Assembly: GCA_018398765.1 (NCBI GenBank)
Contig: JAHBMJ010000144.1
Location: 1-55,679 of the forward strand
DNA length: 55,679 nt
Origin: Chromera velia
Taxonomy: Eukaryota
Direction of reading: 5' to 3'
Below, in pieces: positions 23,560 to 36,816 of the stretch. The translations under genes were made by a program, and so were the position numbers. The notes below the pieces were generated by a model. It searched no databases, was not told where the DNA came from, and was given only the letters and a program-made list of their open reading frames with translations. Each line of letters begins with the position of its first letter. The stretch's first letter is position 1.

Positions 23560-26500
23560 ATGTATAGTCACCTCAGGTCGTCTCGGCAGGCCCTGAGGGC
23601 CCTAGCCGGAAGGTCAATGTACAGTGTCACGCTTCAACGAAGGCCTTTCCCGTTTTTGTCAAGAACTCCGGTGTTCTCCAACTTCCCGGTGCTGTTCGCT
23701 CAACGAGGATTTTCGACCGCTGTTCTGAGCCGCGAGACCGCCTCTGACTTATGGCGCGACACCTTCATTCGAGAGAACAGAATCGAGGGTGTCACCATGG
23801 TCAAGGACATATCGTCTGCCAGACGGGCAGTGTCGGTGATCAAGAAGAACGCGAATCACGCCTTTGCTTGGGACACAGAGACGGAAATGCTGCCGTCAAA
23901 AGGTCCGGGGTTGCACTGTGATACGAAGCTTCTCTGTCTGACGTGCTATGGAGGAGATGACATTGACTTCGGTCATGGTCCTTTTCTCTGGGTGGACGTT
24001 TCGGGTTGTGCTCAGGGTGTGCTTGCAGAGTTTCAGGAAGTTTTGGAAGATTCCCGAATTCGCAAAGTGTTCCACAACTTCTCCTTCGACTACAGTGCCC
24101 TTCTCGCCAACGGTATCCGTGTGAGAGGTCTTGAGGCGGATACGCTTCATCTGGCACGTCTGGTTGACAGCTCTCTAGCGGGGTGGGAGGCACGGGTGAG
24201 TTGTCAGAAGAGAGAGAGAGCAGCAGCACTCGAGGAGCTGATGTCCATGAGCGTGGATGCAATCCCAAACATAGAGAAGGAGGGGGAGAATGAAAAGCAA
24301 CGTAGACGAGTGGGAAGGCCCCGAAAAGTGACACCTGTGTACCAAGACTTGAAGGAAATCGACCATCCCACAGAACGCCCCTCCTCTGCCCAAGCATCCC
24401 TCTCTGTTGAGTCTCCAAACACGACCACGAAGGAGGTTCCGCCCCCCCCCCCAATCAGGAGAGTGGACCCCTTCCCTTACTCCCTCAAGTCCCTCATGTC
24501 CAAATTTCTCGCCCCTCATGGGAAGAGCTTCAAGTGGACCCCGGGAGATGTCCCGAGGCCGATTCAGGGGGAGAGGGAGAGGGAGAGTGCGGGTCGAACA
24601 AAGACCAGGGGACCGAAAAGCCGAGCGAGAGTTTCTTCGGGTGCTTTGAAGGAGGGGGAGGGGCAGGCTTTATCTGATGAGCACTTGAGAAGCGATCTTG
24701 CTGAAGAGTGCGTGGATGCGGACGAAGGAGAAGGAGAGGGCGAAGAAGATGACGGACGGTGGCACCAGTTGAAAGAACTCTTCGGGAAGGCCAACACAGA
24801 GGAAATTCACAACTGTACGGATCCTGCGGTATTCACTCGCTGGGTCGGTTCTCTGACTTGCAAACTTTTCATCCCACTTCCCTTTCCTCTGCAGCACTGT
24901 TTTGACGACGTTGTTATCGATTTGCATGAAGATAGATTGCTTCTCTCAGCCACCCGTACATGCGCAAAGCATATCGCATAGAGCCATCTGTCTACCATGT
25001 GGTTGGCCAGAGCCTAAGCAGTGGCTCACCGGCTTTAACCACCTCAGTTCATTTATTTTCTGGATTCTATAAACCCATGCCTTCCTTCATTTTTTCTCCT
25101 GCCAGCGAGGAGCCTCTCTCTTCAAGAAACGGCAATCCAGGGAAGCAGGGGCATCTTTCTGAGTGTGTGACAACTAATGCGTTGATCCAGTCTCTTGAAG
25201 ACTCTCTGTACCTGCTCCACCACACTGCACATAGATCGTCTTTCTTTTTGGACACTTCTTCACATATTATAATGCAGGTCCGATACGGATGCGAGGATGT
25301 GTGGGGAGCTTTCCACCTGTACGTCCTCTTCCGGTCCACCCTTGAGGGCCGTGAGTGGAATAGCGAGGTTGTTGCGTCGTCTTCTTCAGAAGGCACAACA
25401 ATGACCTCAGGACAGGGAGGCAAGAGGGGGCGGGAAGGGAAGAACGGCTTCTCAGGAAGCGAGATGAGCAGAAACGCGTCGAAATTCACAGGGAGGAACA
25501 TGTGGGACTTCGTCAAGGTCGGATTCTTCCAACTGTCTGTCTGAGTAGTAGAGTGCAGTGAGCCTCTTCTTCTTCTTCTTCTCCTTCTTCTTCTTCTTCT
25601 TCTTCTTCTTTCTTCTTTTTCTTCTTCTTCTTGTCTTCTTCTTCTTGTCTTCTTCTTCTTGTCTTCTTCTTCTTGTCTTCTTCTTCTTCTTCTTCTTCTT
25701 CTTCTCCTTCTCCTTCTCCTTCTCCTTCTCCTTCTTCTTCTTCTTCTCTTCCTCTTCTTTCTTCTTCTTCTTCTTCTTCTTCTTTCTTCTTCTTTCTTCT
25801 TCTTTCTTCTTCTTCTTCTTCTTCTTCTTCTTCTTCTTCTCCTTCTCCTTCTCTTTCTCCTTCTCCTTCTTCTTCTTCTTCTTCTTCTCCTTCTCCTTCT
25901 CCTTCTCCTTCTTCTTCTTCTCTTCTTCTTCGGTGAAGTGAAGAGTCAAGAGGAAGGCGTGCTGGTTGACTGCACCGGCTGAGGGATGAGCGGAGGGATT
26001 GTCAGACAGATTTGTGAGGAGTCCTTTCTTCATTCAATTGACCCCTTTCTCTCCCTCTCTTCTCTGTGCTTGGGCCCGCCCCTTTCATTTCGCAGATCTG
26101 GAGTTTTTTTTACCGCAAAAAATCCCACTGACTAACTAACAGACAATGCTCAATAACAATGTGTTTCTCAGGACTGTTGGACTCCTTTCGGCGAGTCCCT
26201 TTGTCGTATGGAGGAGCGAGGAATGCGCCTGGACTCCCAAACGCTCAACGAAGCCTGTGTTCGGGCAGAGAGGAGGGCTCAGGTAGGTCAATCGAGGGGC
26301 AAGCGCGTGAGGTGGAATGGGAACGAAAAGAGCTTGCTTCTGTGTCTGCATGTCTCCACTTCAAATCAAATCAGCTGGGAAGGAGACCCAAAAAGGAAAA
26401 AAAATGGAATCGGACGAGTGTCTTTATAGGGTATTCTGTTCTGTCAGCTGCGCTTGCTTCAACATTGCGGTCCAGCTACACTTCCCTCCGTTCCCCCATG

Positions 26501-26814
26501 TGGTGAAATGACGACGTGAGTGGGCATGAGGAGCAATTTCTTCTCTACCTTCTATTGTCGCTGGTCAGAAAACAAACCTCTTTCTCTTTTCTCATCACAA
26601 ACGCGTGTGCTTCTTCAGCTTCTTTCTCTTTCTTTCCCAATATTTCGCTATCTTGCGCCTTTTGCAGGATGGCCGAAGGGCGTTTGTGGAGTGGGCCGGC
26701 AGTGTGCAAGGTCCCTCTGGCAGGAGGCTGAATCCCTACGCGTCGCTGATGAACCTGAACTCGTCAAAGCAACTGAGGTACGTCAGTTTGTTTGTTTCAA
26801 TGTTTCTCTCTCTC

Positions 26815-26886
<72 letters not shown>

Positions 26887-29800
26887 CCTGTAAGAGGAGA
26901 GAGTGAAAGCAAGGGCCCTTGGGGGTGGCTTTCTAGAAAAAAGAAGCCAGCAGATTCTTGCCAGTAGTAAGTAGCGGCTGGAATTGAAAAAAAAAAGAAA
27001 AAGATGGAGGAGCGCAGTCAGTTGTCACTTGATTGAAGGGACCTACGGGAGGTCAGAACTTTATCGACCAAAACAAAAAACACTTTCCTTCCCTGCCAGC
27101 TCGGCAAAAGAAGGAGGCATGCCCTCGTGGTTGTACCCATTGGTCTCTTTTTCTTGTCGCCATTTCCTTTCCACTTCTCTTCTCTTCTCTTCTCTTCTCT
27201 TCTCGTGTCCTCTGTTCTTTCTTGCAGAACATTTCTCTTCGGAAGCACCGAGGAGTGGGAGGGGCAGATAAATCTGAAGACCTCCGAGCACATCCCTGGA
27301 GAGTTGCTGGTTGAAGAGAAAAACACTGCAGGGTGGAGGGTGCCTCTAAAGTTCAAAAGAGAACGGAGTGTCAAGAGAGCAGAGCTTCTCACTGGAGACA
27401 GAGGAGAGACTGTTCTTTTCCCCTCAGATGAGGGAGGTGAGGGAGGAACAAAAGAAAAAGAAAGAGACTACTGCGACGAGGAAGAACTGTTCACACCCTC
27501 GAGTGTCTCCTTTGAGATCCGGGGCCTGGGTCTGCGTCTGGAGGGCCCCGGCCTCGGCAGGCAGAGGGCCCTCTTCACCCCAAAAGGGTGGCCCAAAATT
27601 TCCCGGCAGATTCTGGAGGCGCTGGCGGGAGACACGAACGAGGGCGAGGTCAGGCAGATAGAGAGAGAGAGAGACTTTGTTGCGTTTAAACGGGCCTGCA
27701 AGGTCCTAAGGGAAGGAAGGAAGGAAGGGAGGAAGGAAGGAAGGATTCTTCTTTCATTCAGAGACGTCGCTTGCTCCCTCTCTCTTTCTCTCCCTCCCTC
27801 TTTGTGTGCTTGTGTAGCCTACCAAGGGGTGCAATCTCATCCCATCTTCGACAAAGAGATCGATCGCTGAAGAGATAAATCGAAGTATGGACAAATACAC
27901 ATATGGAGAGGGAGACATTTAGGCAGACTGAGCTCGACCTTGGTGATTTATCGATGATGGATGGATAGATCAATGTGTGTGATACAAAAGCAGATTGGCA
28001 GCTAAGTAGGTAGTATGTAAGTAGATAGATACACAAATAGAGACGCAGAGTGACGGACAGACACATGAATGCGTTCGCAGTCTCTTTATCATCTTGTCTG
28101 TTTCAGTGCTCGTTCCTTCCCCCCCTTTTTCCTCCCTCCCCTCCCCTCATTCGTTCATTCCTGCAGTACGGAGCAGCATTCGAGCAAGTGAGGGCCCGTC
28201 TGGGGGAGGAAGAGGCAACAGCTGCGTGCCGAGCCCTGGCGGCACTGCACGACAGCATGAGAAGCTCTCGGGTGCTGTCGAGCATCCTCAGTCCCCTCAG
28301 AGACAGGAGCAATGGGGGAAGAGTCCATGCATCCTTCGCTCCTGATACTGCGACTGGTCAGTCAGTCAGTGAATGACCATGGAGGCCGGCCGGGGCGATG
28401 TCAGGTTTCTGTGGTTGGGCTTTGTCAGAGAGAGAGAGAGCATTTGATTTTGACAGATCATCTTTAATAAGATAGATACAAAAAGAAAGCCATGTGGATA
28501 GAAGTTGAACGACTCCGCGTCGATTTTCCTTCGTTTGTGATGATGATCATTTTCTTTCATCTGCACATGCCGATGTGACCCGTGCACTCTCTCCACCTCT
28601 TTCTTTCTCTCCGCTTGCAAGGGGGGCACGCCTGCAGGTCGACTCGTGTGCCGACGGCCTAACCTCCAGAACCAGCCTGCCTCCTCCAGGGACATCTTCA
28701 AGATCCGAGACGCATTCACTGCAGATTCGGGTGAGCCAGTCAGATGGTTGGGTGATTGGACCGTTTTCCTTCCTGCTTGCTCGCTCCTCTTCTTCACCTC
28801 GGCGCGAAAGGGCTGAACATGCTGACCATCTGCGAAGGCTTTGCAAAACACGGTCGAAATTCGGCTCATTTGCCTTTTCGATTGCCTTTCCACATTTTCT
28901 CTTTTTCTTCTTTTTCCGTGCGCAAAGCTTTCTTTCCCCTTCGGCTTCATCTGCTTCCTCGAGGTCATTGCAGGGAAGACGCTCCTGGTTGCTGACTACT
29001 CCCAGCTGGAGCTGCGCGTGCTTGCTCACCTGTCTGGGTGCAAGAAGATGATTGAGAAGCTGGAGAAAAAGGGGGATCTCCACAGTGAGACGGCAGTGGA
29101 GGTTTTCCCTCATGTGAAGGAAGCGTTGGAGTCGGGGGAGGTGGTGCTGGTGAGGAAGGGAGAGGGGGGCCCTCCGTCGGTCCAGGATCGGTTCCATTTT
29201 GAGCGGTCTGCAGGGAAAGTGATCAACTTCTCGATTGCTTATGGGAAGACAGCTGAGACACTTGCAGAGGATCTGAATGTGGACGTACGTATGTCTTCTT
29301 CTTTCTGTGTCTTCTTTCATCTTTAATTCTTTGTCTCCTGTTTCTTTTTTTTTCGGTCACTTGTCGTTGCCACCCCACCACCGGCTCACGACCCCTTTGT
29401 CTTTCTCTCTCTCGGTTTCCTCTTTCTTGTTTCCTTCCTTGCTTCTTCAAACAACGCCTTCCTTTTTCATTTGTCCCGTATCCGTCCGTCTAGAGGCCTG
29501 ATCTTTTCCCAAAACAAAGACGCAGCGTTTTGCAGGTTTTCTGCACTTTCTTTTTTCGCCCGGCCAGGGTTTTATGTATTTTTCCTGCCTCTTGTGCATG
29601 TGCAGCCCGAAACCGCTTCAGGGTACATGGACCGATGGTATGAGACCAACTGGGAAGTATTCGAGTGGAAGAAGGTGAGTGCAGTGCAAACAGCTGGGGG
29701 AGGAGATGGGGAGATGTCTCGAGTTGTATGCGCACAGCTGTCCTGAAACAGGTCACTGTGTACACTCTGTCATTTTCTTCTTGAAAGAGTGTGAACAACA

Positions 29801-30592
29801 TTTCTGTATTCAAGCCTGCCCGTTTCCACCTCTGTTGACGCCCCTTTTTCTCACATACACATTCAACTGCAGAGAACGATTGCAAATGCGAAACAAACTC
29901 TGACGGCTTCCTCCCTCTTAGGGCGTCAGAGGTACCTTCCGCACATCAGGTCTGTCCGTCGGTCCGTCGGTCGCTTACTTTGAGAGAAAAAAATTTCTTT
30001 CGGACAATCCGTCAGGGATTTCATGTGACGCCCCTCCTTTTTTTCCCCTTTCTTTCTTCCTTTCATTGATTGTTGTCTTTCATCCTTTTCTAATTGTCTG
30101 TATCTGCGGGTTTGTGTGTCTCTCAATGCGTTTTCCCCTCTGTGTCTAAGTCGCTTGGTGTATGACCTGCATTGCAATCACTCTATCTGTTTGTTATGTT
30201 CTCCTCCTGCAGAGACTGGTCTGGCTTCTCGAGGCTGAAGTCGGAGAGAGCTGCCGTGAACCACTGTGTACAGGTGAGCACATAGAGAAGGGAAGGGAAT
30301 GATCGCCTGGCGTTGAAACGAGACCTGATCGATCGATCGAGCAAAAAGGGGAGAAGCGCAAGAAAAGGGAGCGGAAAAAATCAACACCTGCCTTTAGCAG
30401 GTAGATCGTGTTCTTTAATAGACTGTGCAAGGGCTCCATCGATCGAGCAGGCAGAGAGGTCGAGGGAGGCCTCGCCACTGCAGGGCTGCAATCCTGCATG
30501 GGTCTCTGCCGATCATCTCAGTGCCTTCCCCTTCCGAACCTCTCTGTGTCTGTCTGCCTGCCTGCCTGTCTTTCTGTCTGTCTGTCTGTCTA

Positions 30593-30623
<31 letters not shown>

Positions 30624-31152
30624 GTCTGTCTGTCTTTCTTTCTTTTTGTCTGTTGTGTTCATGAAGAAAAGAAGGGAGAAGAAGAAACTGTCTGTCTGTC
30701 TGTCTGTCTGTCTATCTGTCTGTCTGTCTGTGGCAGAAGCTGAAAACAAACCGTTACCGGCGCTACGTCGTGACAGACCCTAAGCAAAAGGAAATGAATA
30801 GAAACGAACTCGTCCAGATGGAAAGAATGTGGAAGTGCAAGAGGGCAACCCTGCACTGGGCAGTGAAGGGCCGCAGGGTACGACTCAAGGCCTGGAGCTC
30901 TGGTACCCTTCCACTGAGAGCACGCCAAAAGAAAAGAAGAAAACAGAAGGAAGGTTCTGTCTGTCTGTCTGTGTTTGCCTGTCGGTGTGTCTGTTTGTCT
31001 GTCTGTCTGTCTGTCTGCCTGCCTGTCTGTCCGAAAGAAAGGGAGCGATTCGGAAAAAGTGAAATGAAGGAAAGACGATATAGTCTGTCTGTCTGTCTGT
31101 CTGTTCATGAAGAAAAGAAGGGAGAAGAAGAAACATATAGTCTGTCTGTCTG

Positions 31153-31227
<75 letters not shown>

Positions 31228-32180
31228 GGCTCTGCTGCCGACTTGGTGATGGCTGCGATGCTCCGGGTAGAGAACGACAGAGAGATGGGGGACGAACTCG
31301 GGTTCCGACTTGTCCTTCAGGTGCACGATGAACTTGTCCTGGAAGTCAGTCTTTTGCATGGGCGGAGGGAGGCATGCTCTTCATTTTCTTTTCTTCTTTT
31401 TTTCTTTTCTGACAGATTAATTGTGAACACACGCACACCTACGTGCCCTGCAGCAAAGCCAGAGTTGGTCTCTTTCTTGTCGGACTTGCATATGCTCTCT
31501 TGCTGCATTTGTCGACAGACTGATAGGTCGATCACCTGCCGAGCTTGTATGCCGCCAGATTTGTGGATGGAAATGTGATCGGCCGTACGTTTTTCTTTCA
31601 TTCAGTGGTTTGCCGTTTTCTTGACACTATCGCTCACTCATTCGACTCTGTGAGTGCATGCATCCAGGGCCCTGCCGAGAATGCTGAGAAGGCCCGCAGG
31701 AGGCTCGTGGCTCTGATGGCACATCCGTTTGCGGACTGGTGGCCGAATTTCTCCTTCAGAGTGCCACTCGAGGTTGACGCCAAGATCGGCACCTCATGGT
31801 TCCAGGCCAAGAAGCAGCAGAGCCACACTGAAACCCAAGCCGCGTCTGCCCCTGCGTTAGTCGGTGGTATGGGAGCAGAGAACGGACACGAGACCTCGAC
31901 GCCTTCTGACAGAAAGGGGGACGAAGTCCATGGAAAAGCGGGTGTTTCTGTGCGGCCTGTATCTCGGATGGAGGGGAAGGGAGAGGGAGTTTTGGATCCT
32001 GAAGATGAAGACGGTGGGTCAAAGAGTATTCTTCGAGGAGAGCTGATGGTGCAGAATGCCGTGTGGGGGAGGTTGGAGAGGGACAACGTGGACCTCCAGG
32101 CTGCGATTGCATCCAAGAGGGAGAGGGGAAGCGTTGTTGCTGGTAGAGAGAGATCCGGCACGAGAAAGGTCGCAATGTGA
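23560..32180 (+). CDS. POP: Organellar family A DNA polymerase of the POP (plant and protist organellar DNA polymerase) type with a 3'-5' exonuclease domain; 13 exons, ~1198 aa
   Basis: Exons 23560-24843, 25278-25517, 26172-26282, 26668-26777, 27228-27648, 28167-28356, 28638-28730, 28974-29284, 29606-29674, 29873-29949, 30213-30273, 31228-31344 and 31668-32180 splice in frame. Exonuclease motifs: ExoI WDTETE, Exo[24 protein letters not shown], ExoIII YGCED. Polymerase motifs: TATGRL, PNLQNQP, motif [13 protein letters not shown], motif [21 protein letters not shown], motif [10 protein letters not shown]. The N-terminus is Arg/Ser-rich and acid-free, resembling a mitochondrial presequence. Confidence 0.93.
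25565..25930. repeat. (TTC)n microsatellite in POP intron 2
   Basis: Directly visible. Confidence 0.95.
30746..31100. repeat. Dispersed repeat, copy 2, inside POP intron 11
   Basis: Matches 4604-5035 at an offset of 26140 nt in the core. Confidence 0.9.
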
Positions 32181-35100
32181 GTACATAGATGAAACGGTTC
32201 TTCAGGGATTCGAATTCACCATATAACGTAACCACCATGAGCTTTTTCCGTGGAGGAGTTGCATGTGTAGCTTGTGAATACATCGCATTGTCATGTACAT
32301 ACTTTCGTTTGCTTTAAACTGATTTGGTCTTAAACACAGGCTGCATCAATTTGTTTTATCATAGTTTTGATATGAATTTAAAAGCTTATAGTTAGAAGTC
32401 CTGCTAAAAATAACCATTGTTAGTTAAAAACTTAAAATCGGAAGATACATCATCGATGATCATACGGTATATTATGGTATATGATACCGTGTATCCCCGA
32501 TTATAAATATGTTTTTCGCTACTACTACCTCCGTGACACTACTGGCCACTTAAAAGCAGAACGTTCAAGTTCGTCTGTATTTGCGGCACGGCTGATCAAG
32601 TTTGTCCGCGTCTGCAGCGCAGCCGATCAAGTTGTCCGCGCAAGCAGCTAGCGACCGCTAGCGATGCAACTATGCCTAGAGCCACGTGGCGCTACGGCCC
32701 ATCATGGCGCATCGATTGCAGCCCATATAGACTGATCAAAGGATTCCAAAGTAATTTAATTCAAGTAAAAGAACATAGCTATAGCCTTTTTAGTACTGCT
32801 AATAGTCAGTCACTATAAAGAGGTCTTCCAACAAATCACTGTTTGAGGACGAGTGTTTTAACTTACTTTAACTTTAAAGTCGGAAAATGATTTTCTATTT
32901 TTTCCTAATTTATTCAAAATTTTCCATCATCCCCAACTCTGTTGCATATTGCTTTTTGAAAAAAGGTACCCTCTTAGCCGCAATTAAGTCGTACACTTTA
33001 GTAAAGGATCGAGCCAAAATTTCTCACTCCATGCTGAAGTACTCTGGGAGACTTACTTCCGCGCGCAAAGCGCGCGAACTGACTTACTTGATGGACGCCG
33101 GGGGTTTAGGGGATGTCATCCCTTGCAGGTTCCCCCCGCGCGGCGCCCTACCGCGGGCCCAGAAGGGTGGGGTCTCAAAATCACGAGTTAAGTGCCTCCG
33201 AGCAAACACAGGGGGTTATAACATTTTCTCGCGAACCATAAAGTATAGAAAGAAACGGAATGTACCATCCGACGCAGAAAAACCTGCTGAGCACAACGGT
33301 ATCAAAAAATTTGAAAACGGTTTCGTAGACTGCGTGTTACGATCCAAAATGTAACCGTTCATGCCGGGGCCTTCACAGCTTTCTAAATGAAAAAACACCT
33401 TACAGGGGATCGAACTCGGGACTTCCGTACGGGCTGAACTCCGGCGGCGTACGTTGAGTATACGAATGTCAGCCTTTCTTCCTCCTTTACTGATCGATCG
33501 TAGGATTTTGCTCAAGCTTCGCATAGCAGCCATAGCTTCGCACTATGAATGTGATGAGCTTGGCTGTTTTGGTCCAGTCGTCTGCCTACCTAGCAAAGTG
33601 GTCTGATCATATCAGATCTAAGGCCATCTTGCACCTAGAGAAGTCGATCTATGATCATGTCTGGAAGAAGACGGTGGGAGATGCAGGAGGTAAAACCTGG
33701 TTTAAGTGGTCTTCTATGTCTCAGATCACTGTGATCATCTCACTATGTACTGCCGTGCAGTCATTTCCCCCTGTCAATTGTGAGCTGGCCCTAATTCTCA
33801 CTGTATTCTATCTGCCCACAGCTCTCTGCTCACTGGCACAGCAGGGCGCAAGACCCACGGCAGGAATGCGCATGTCTGATGATGTCTGATGTATAGAGTG
33901 CCGGCACATACTGCGACAGATCCTGTAAGGATGACGGAGTGCTGAAGGCGACCCGGTGTGGGCAAGCAGGTGAGTACAGGAAGGAGAGTGCATTGTCAAG
34001 AGACAGAGTGAGTGGGTGAAAGATCGTGAGAACAGAAATATAAAGGGAATGAGGTACGCAGGTATGGAGACGGGCGAGAGAATGGGAGGATAATGCATGG
34101 CTGTAATGAATATGGATGAATATCAGGGAGGTCAAAACACGAGCTGGCTGTATCGTAAGAAAGAAGAACGAAAGGCACAGCATGTAATTGACAGAGGTCG
34201 TGCAAAGGGGGTGAAATGGGCGAGGTGGCCCAGGCTCCTAAGGAGACGAAGGGGAATTCTCAAAGTATACTAGCGGCGCCTGACGTTGGAATAACCAGGG
34301 GGGAAGCTGGCAGCTGAGCGGAGGAGAAAGAAGACGGGTGGATAAAAACAATGCAGGGAAACAAGATGGGTGAAATAAGTCGAGGGAGAGGTGGCAGATC
34401 ACTGGAAAGAAGAGGACACAGATGGAAGCTGAGAGGAATGCATCAAAGTATACAACAGGTGGAATAAATAGAGAGGGAGGCGGCAGGCCAGTGGGGTAGA
34501 GAGAAGAGGAAAAAGATGGATAGAGAGAATGCAACCGCCACGAAATAAGATGGGTAGAATGAGCTAAGAGGAGAAGAGGCGGATGCGCTGAAGAGAACGC
34601 AGTTGACTCAAGAGCCGAAAGAGTGGGGACAGAGATGGGCAAGAGCTGGCAGGTAACGAGGGAGAAAGGAGACGGATAGACAAGCGGATAGATTGTAAGG
34701 CTCCAGTACAGTCAAAAAGGTCACCGTGAAATGAGTAACTGTTCAAATCTGGGGAGTGGATGGCAGATGAGTGTTGGGGAGGGGAGGGGGGAGGAGATGG
34801 ATAGATGAATGGATGGATGGATAGAGCAAGGGATGGATCGTTGAAGGGACCGACACAATACAGTGAAGTACAGTGAGTAGAATAGATGGCAGGTAGACTG
34901 AGGAGTTGGATGGATGGAAGGAATGCAGTTGAATCAAAGGAGTGGGATGAGGTAGGGGGAATGAGTGGGAGGGAGAGGAGACATGTCGATGCCAAGCTGG
35001 CAAGGCACATCTGCTGCAGACTGTCGTACGAGCGGCCGTGCAGGTCGGCTTGCCGACCGGCCGCTCGCACCTGTTCACGATTTGTCAAACTCTCTCCTCC

Positions 35101-35254
35101 CCCGACGGGCCTTTGTCTCCCTCCCTTAGGCATCCTTGGGCCTTTGAGGGTAATCCAGCTGCGGAACGATGAAGACCCATCTACACCTGGAGTCATTGCG
35201 GGTGCCAAATTGAACTGGCAATTAGGCATCGAGATGGATCGGTCTGTGTGTGTA

Positions 35255-35332
<78 letters not shown>

Positions 35333-36816
35333 CGTATGTCTGTCTGTCTGTCTGTCTGCCAGTCTGTGTGTGTGTGTGTGCTGCGTGTCCGTCTCCGAAC
35401 CTTTTAATATTTCTGAATAGTTTTTGTAAACACTGACATAAGCCCTCATGCTTTTCTTCTCTCTCTCTACTCCCTCTACTTGGTTCTCCATTTATGTCTT
35501 TGGTGCTATGTGCCTCTCAGTTTCGTCCGTGCATCCAAGTGGGTGAATTGGGAGGGAGGGGACAGACGCAAAAGTCCGTCACACCCTATGCACGCGTATG
35601 TAGTCGCCGTGCCATCAGTGTGTACGGGCTTGTGTGCGTGTGTGTCTATTATGTCTGTATTCATATGTTTGTTTGCCCGCACTAGACACCGCATTGATCA
35701 GAATGTTATCCGACTACCATATCATATCTAGGCGGCCGTCCCGTATCCTGCTCTTTCTAATCGCCTCCACAGAGCTAGCCACAGAGTTCCCTGTGCTTCC
35801 GTCCTGTTGTTCCGTCTCACCTATCTTCCACTCCTAAAGGGTCTCATTGCCCGCGTACGAGCCTGTCCGTCATACATTACAGTCGTGTGTCCGCAATCCA
35901 TTTGCCTGCATGCTTGTCTATACGTAGGATACTACGTTCACATCGTGTCATCCATATCTGCATTTTTCCCTTTTGTGACGGTCCGCACGGTCGTTGTTAT
36001 CAGGCAGTACCTTAATATGTAGAATCACACAATGTGTGGGGGTCTAGGTTGGAACGCTGAGCCTAACGGTTTAAACATCCTGGACTCTAAACGATGTGCT
36101 CCAAACTCACACGCTTTTGCAACTAGCGTAATGTTAATAGTAATACAAAACATAAAAGAATATTACTGCAAATAAATGAATTAATTAAGTGAAGCTTATT
36201 CACCTATATGTATAAATATGTATAAATTGTTAATTAGATTTAAAATTTGGTTAGGTTGCACTATATATCAAGAATTCACGTTTCTATAAAGTCACGTAAG
36301 CTAGGAAGTAATTATAACAATGATATCTCAGATCATGCCAAAAACCTGCACATCTGTAGCTCTTTTAATTATAAAATTCAAAGGTATTCAAAGGATCAGA
36401 AGCAAGTAGAAGGAAATGAACAGGACCAGGTCGAGAGGTAGCTAGAGGTAAGACCATGTAGAAAAAAGAAACTGATACAAGCGACATTAAACCCTCCGGC
36501 GCTCCCGCCGCGCCCGCACGCCGGGTGCAGGGCTTCCCTGGTTTAAAGTGAATTTCGCTTTCCGTGGGCCATTCGCACGGAGTGCAGCAGATCAAAGTGA
36601 CAGACAGACTGAGGATCTAGCTCTTTGTGTCCTCCGACAATTCAATGGGAGGATCGGCGTGAATCTTAAGCCATCTACGAAAGCAGCTCAAGCAGGTCCA
36701 CGAGATCTGGCCAACCGCCTTGCTGAGCTATAGAGCTTACAACTACCGTGGCTCACGCAGGCACGCATCGATTGTGAATGGTCAAAGAGTCGAAAAAATC
36801 CAACCCCACTTGAATC

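Noticed and set aside
25452..26033. Poly-Lys, poly-Phe and poly-Ser ORFs
   Set aside because: (TTC)n tract inside POP intron 2.
32887..33354. 155-aa ORF
   Set aside because: No recognisable motifs, and it straddles AT-rich and GC-rich non-coding sequence.
33395..33480. tRNA on the minus strand (GAGTTCGATCCCC B-box-like motif followed by a T-run)
   Set aside because: The T-arm stem pairs poorly and no D-arm, anticodon arm or acceptor stem could be built. At most a tRNA-derived SINE remnant.
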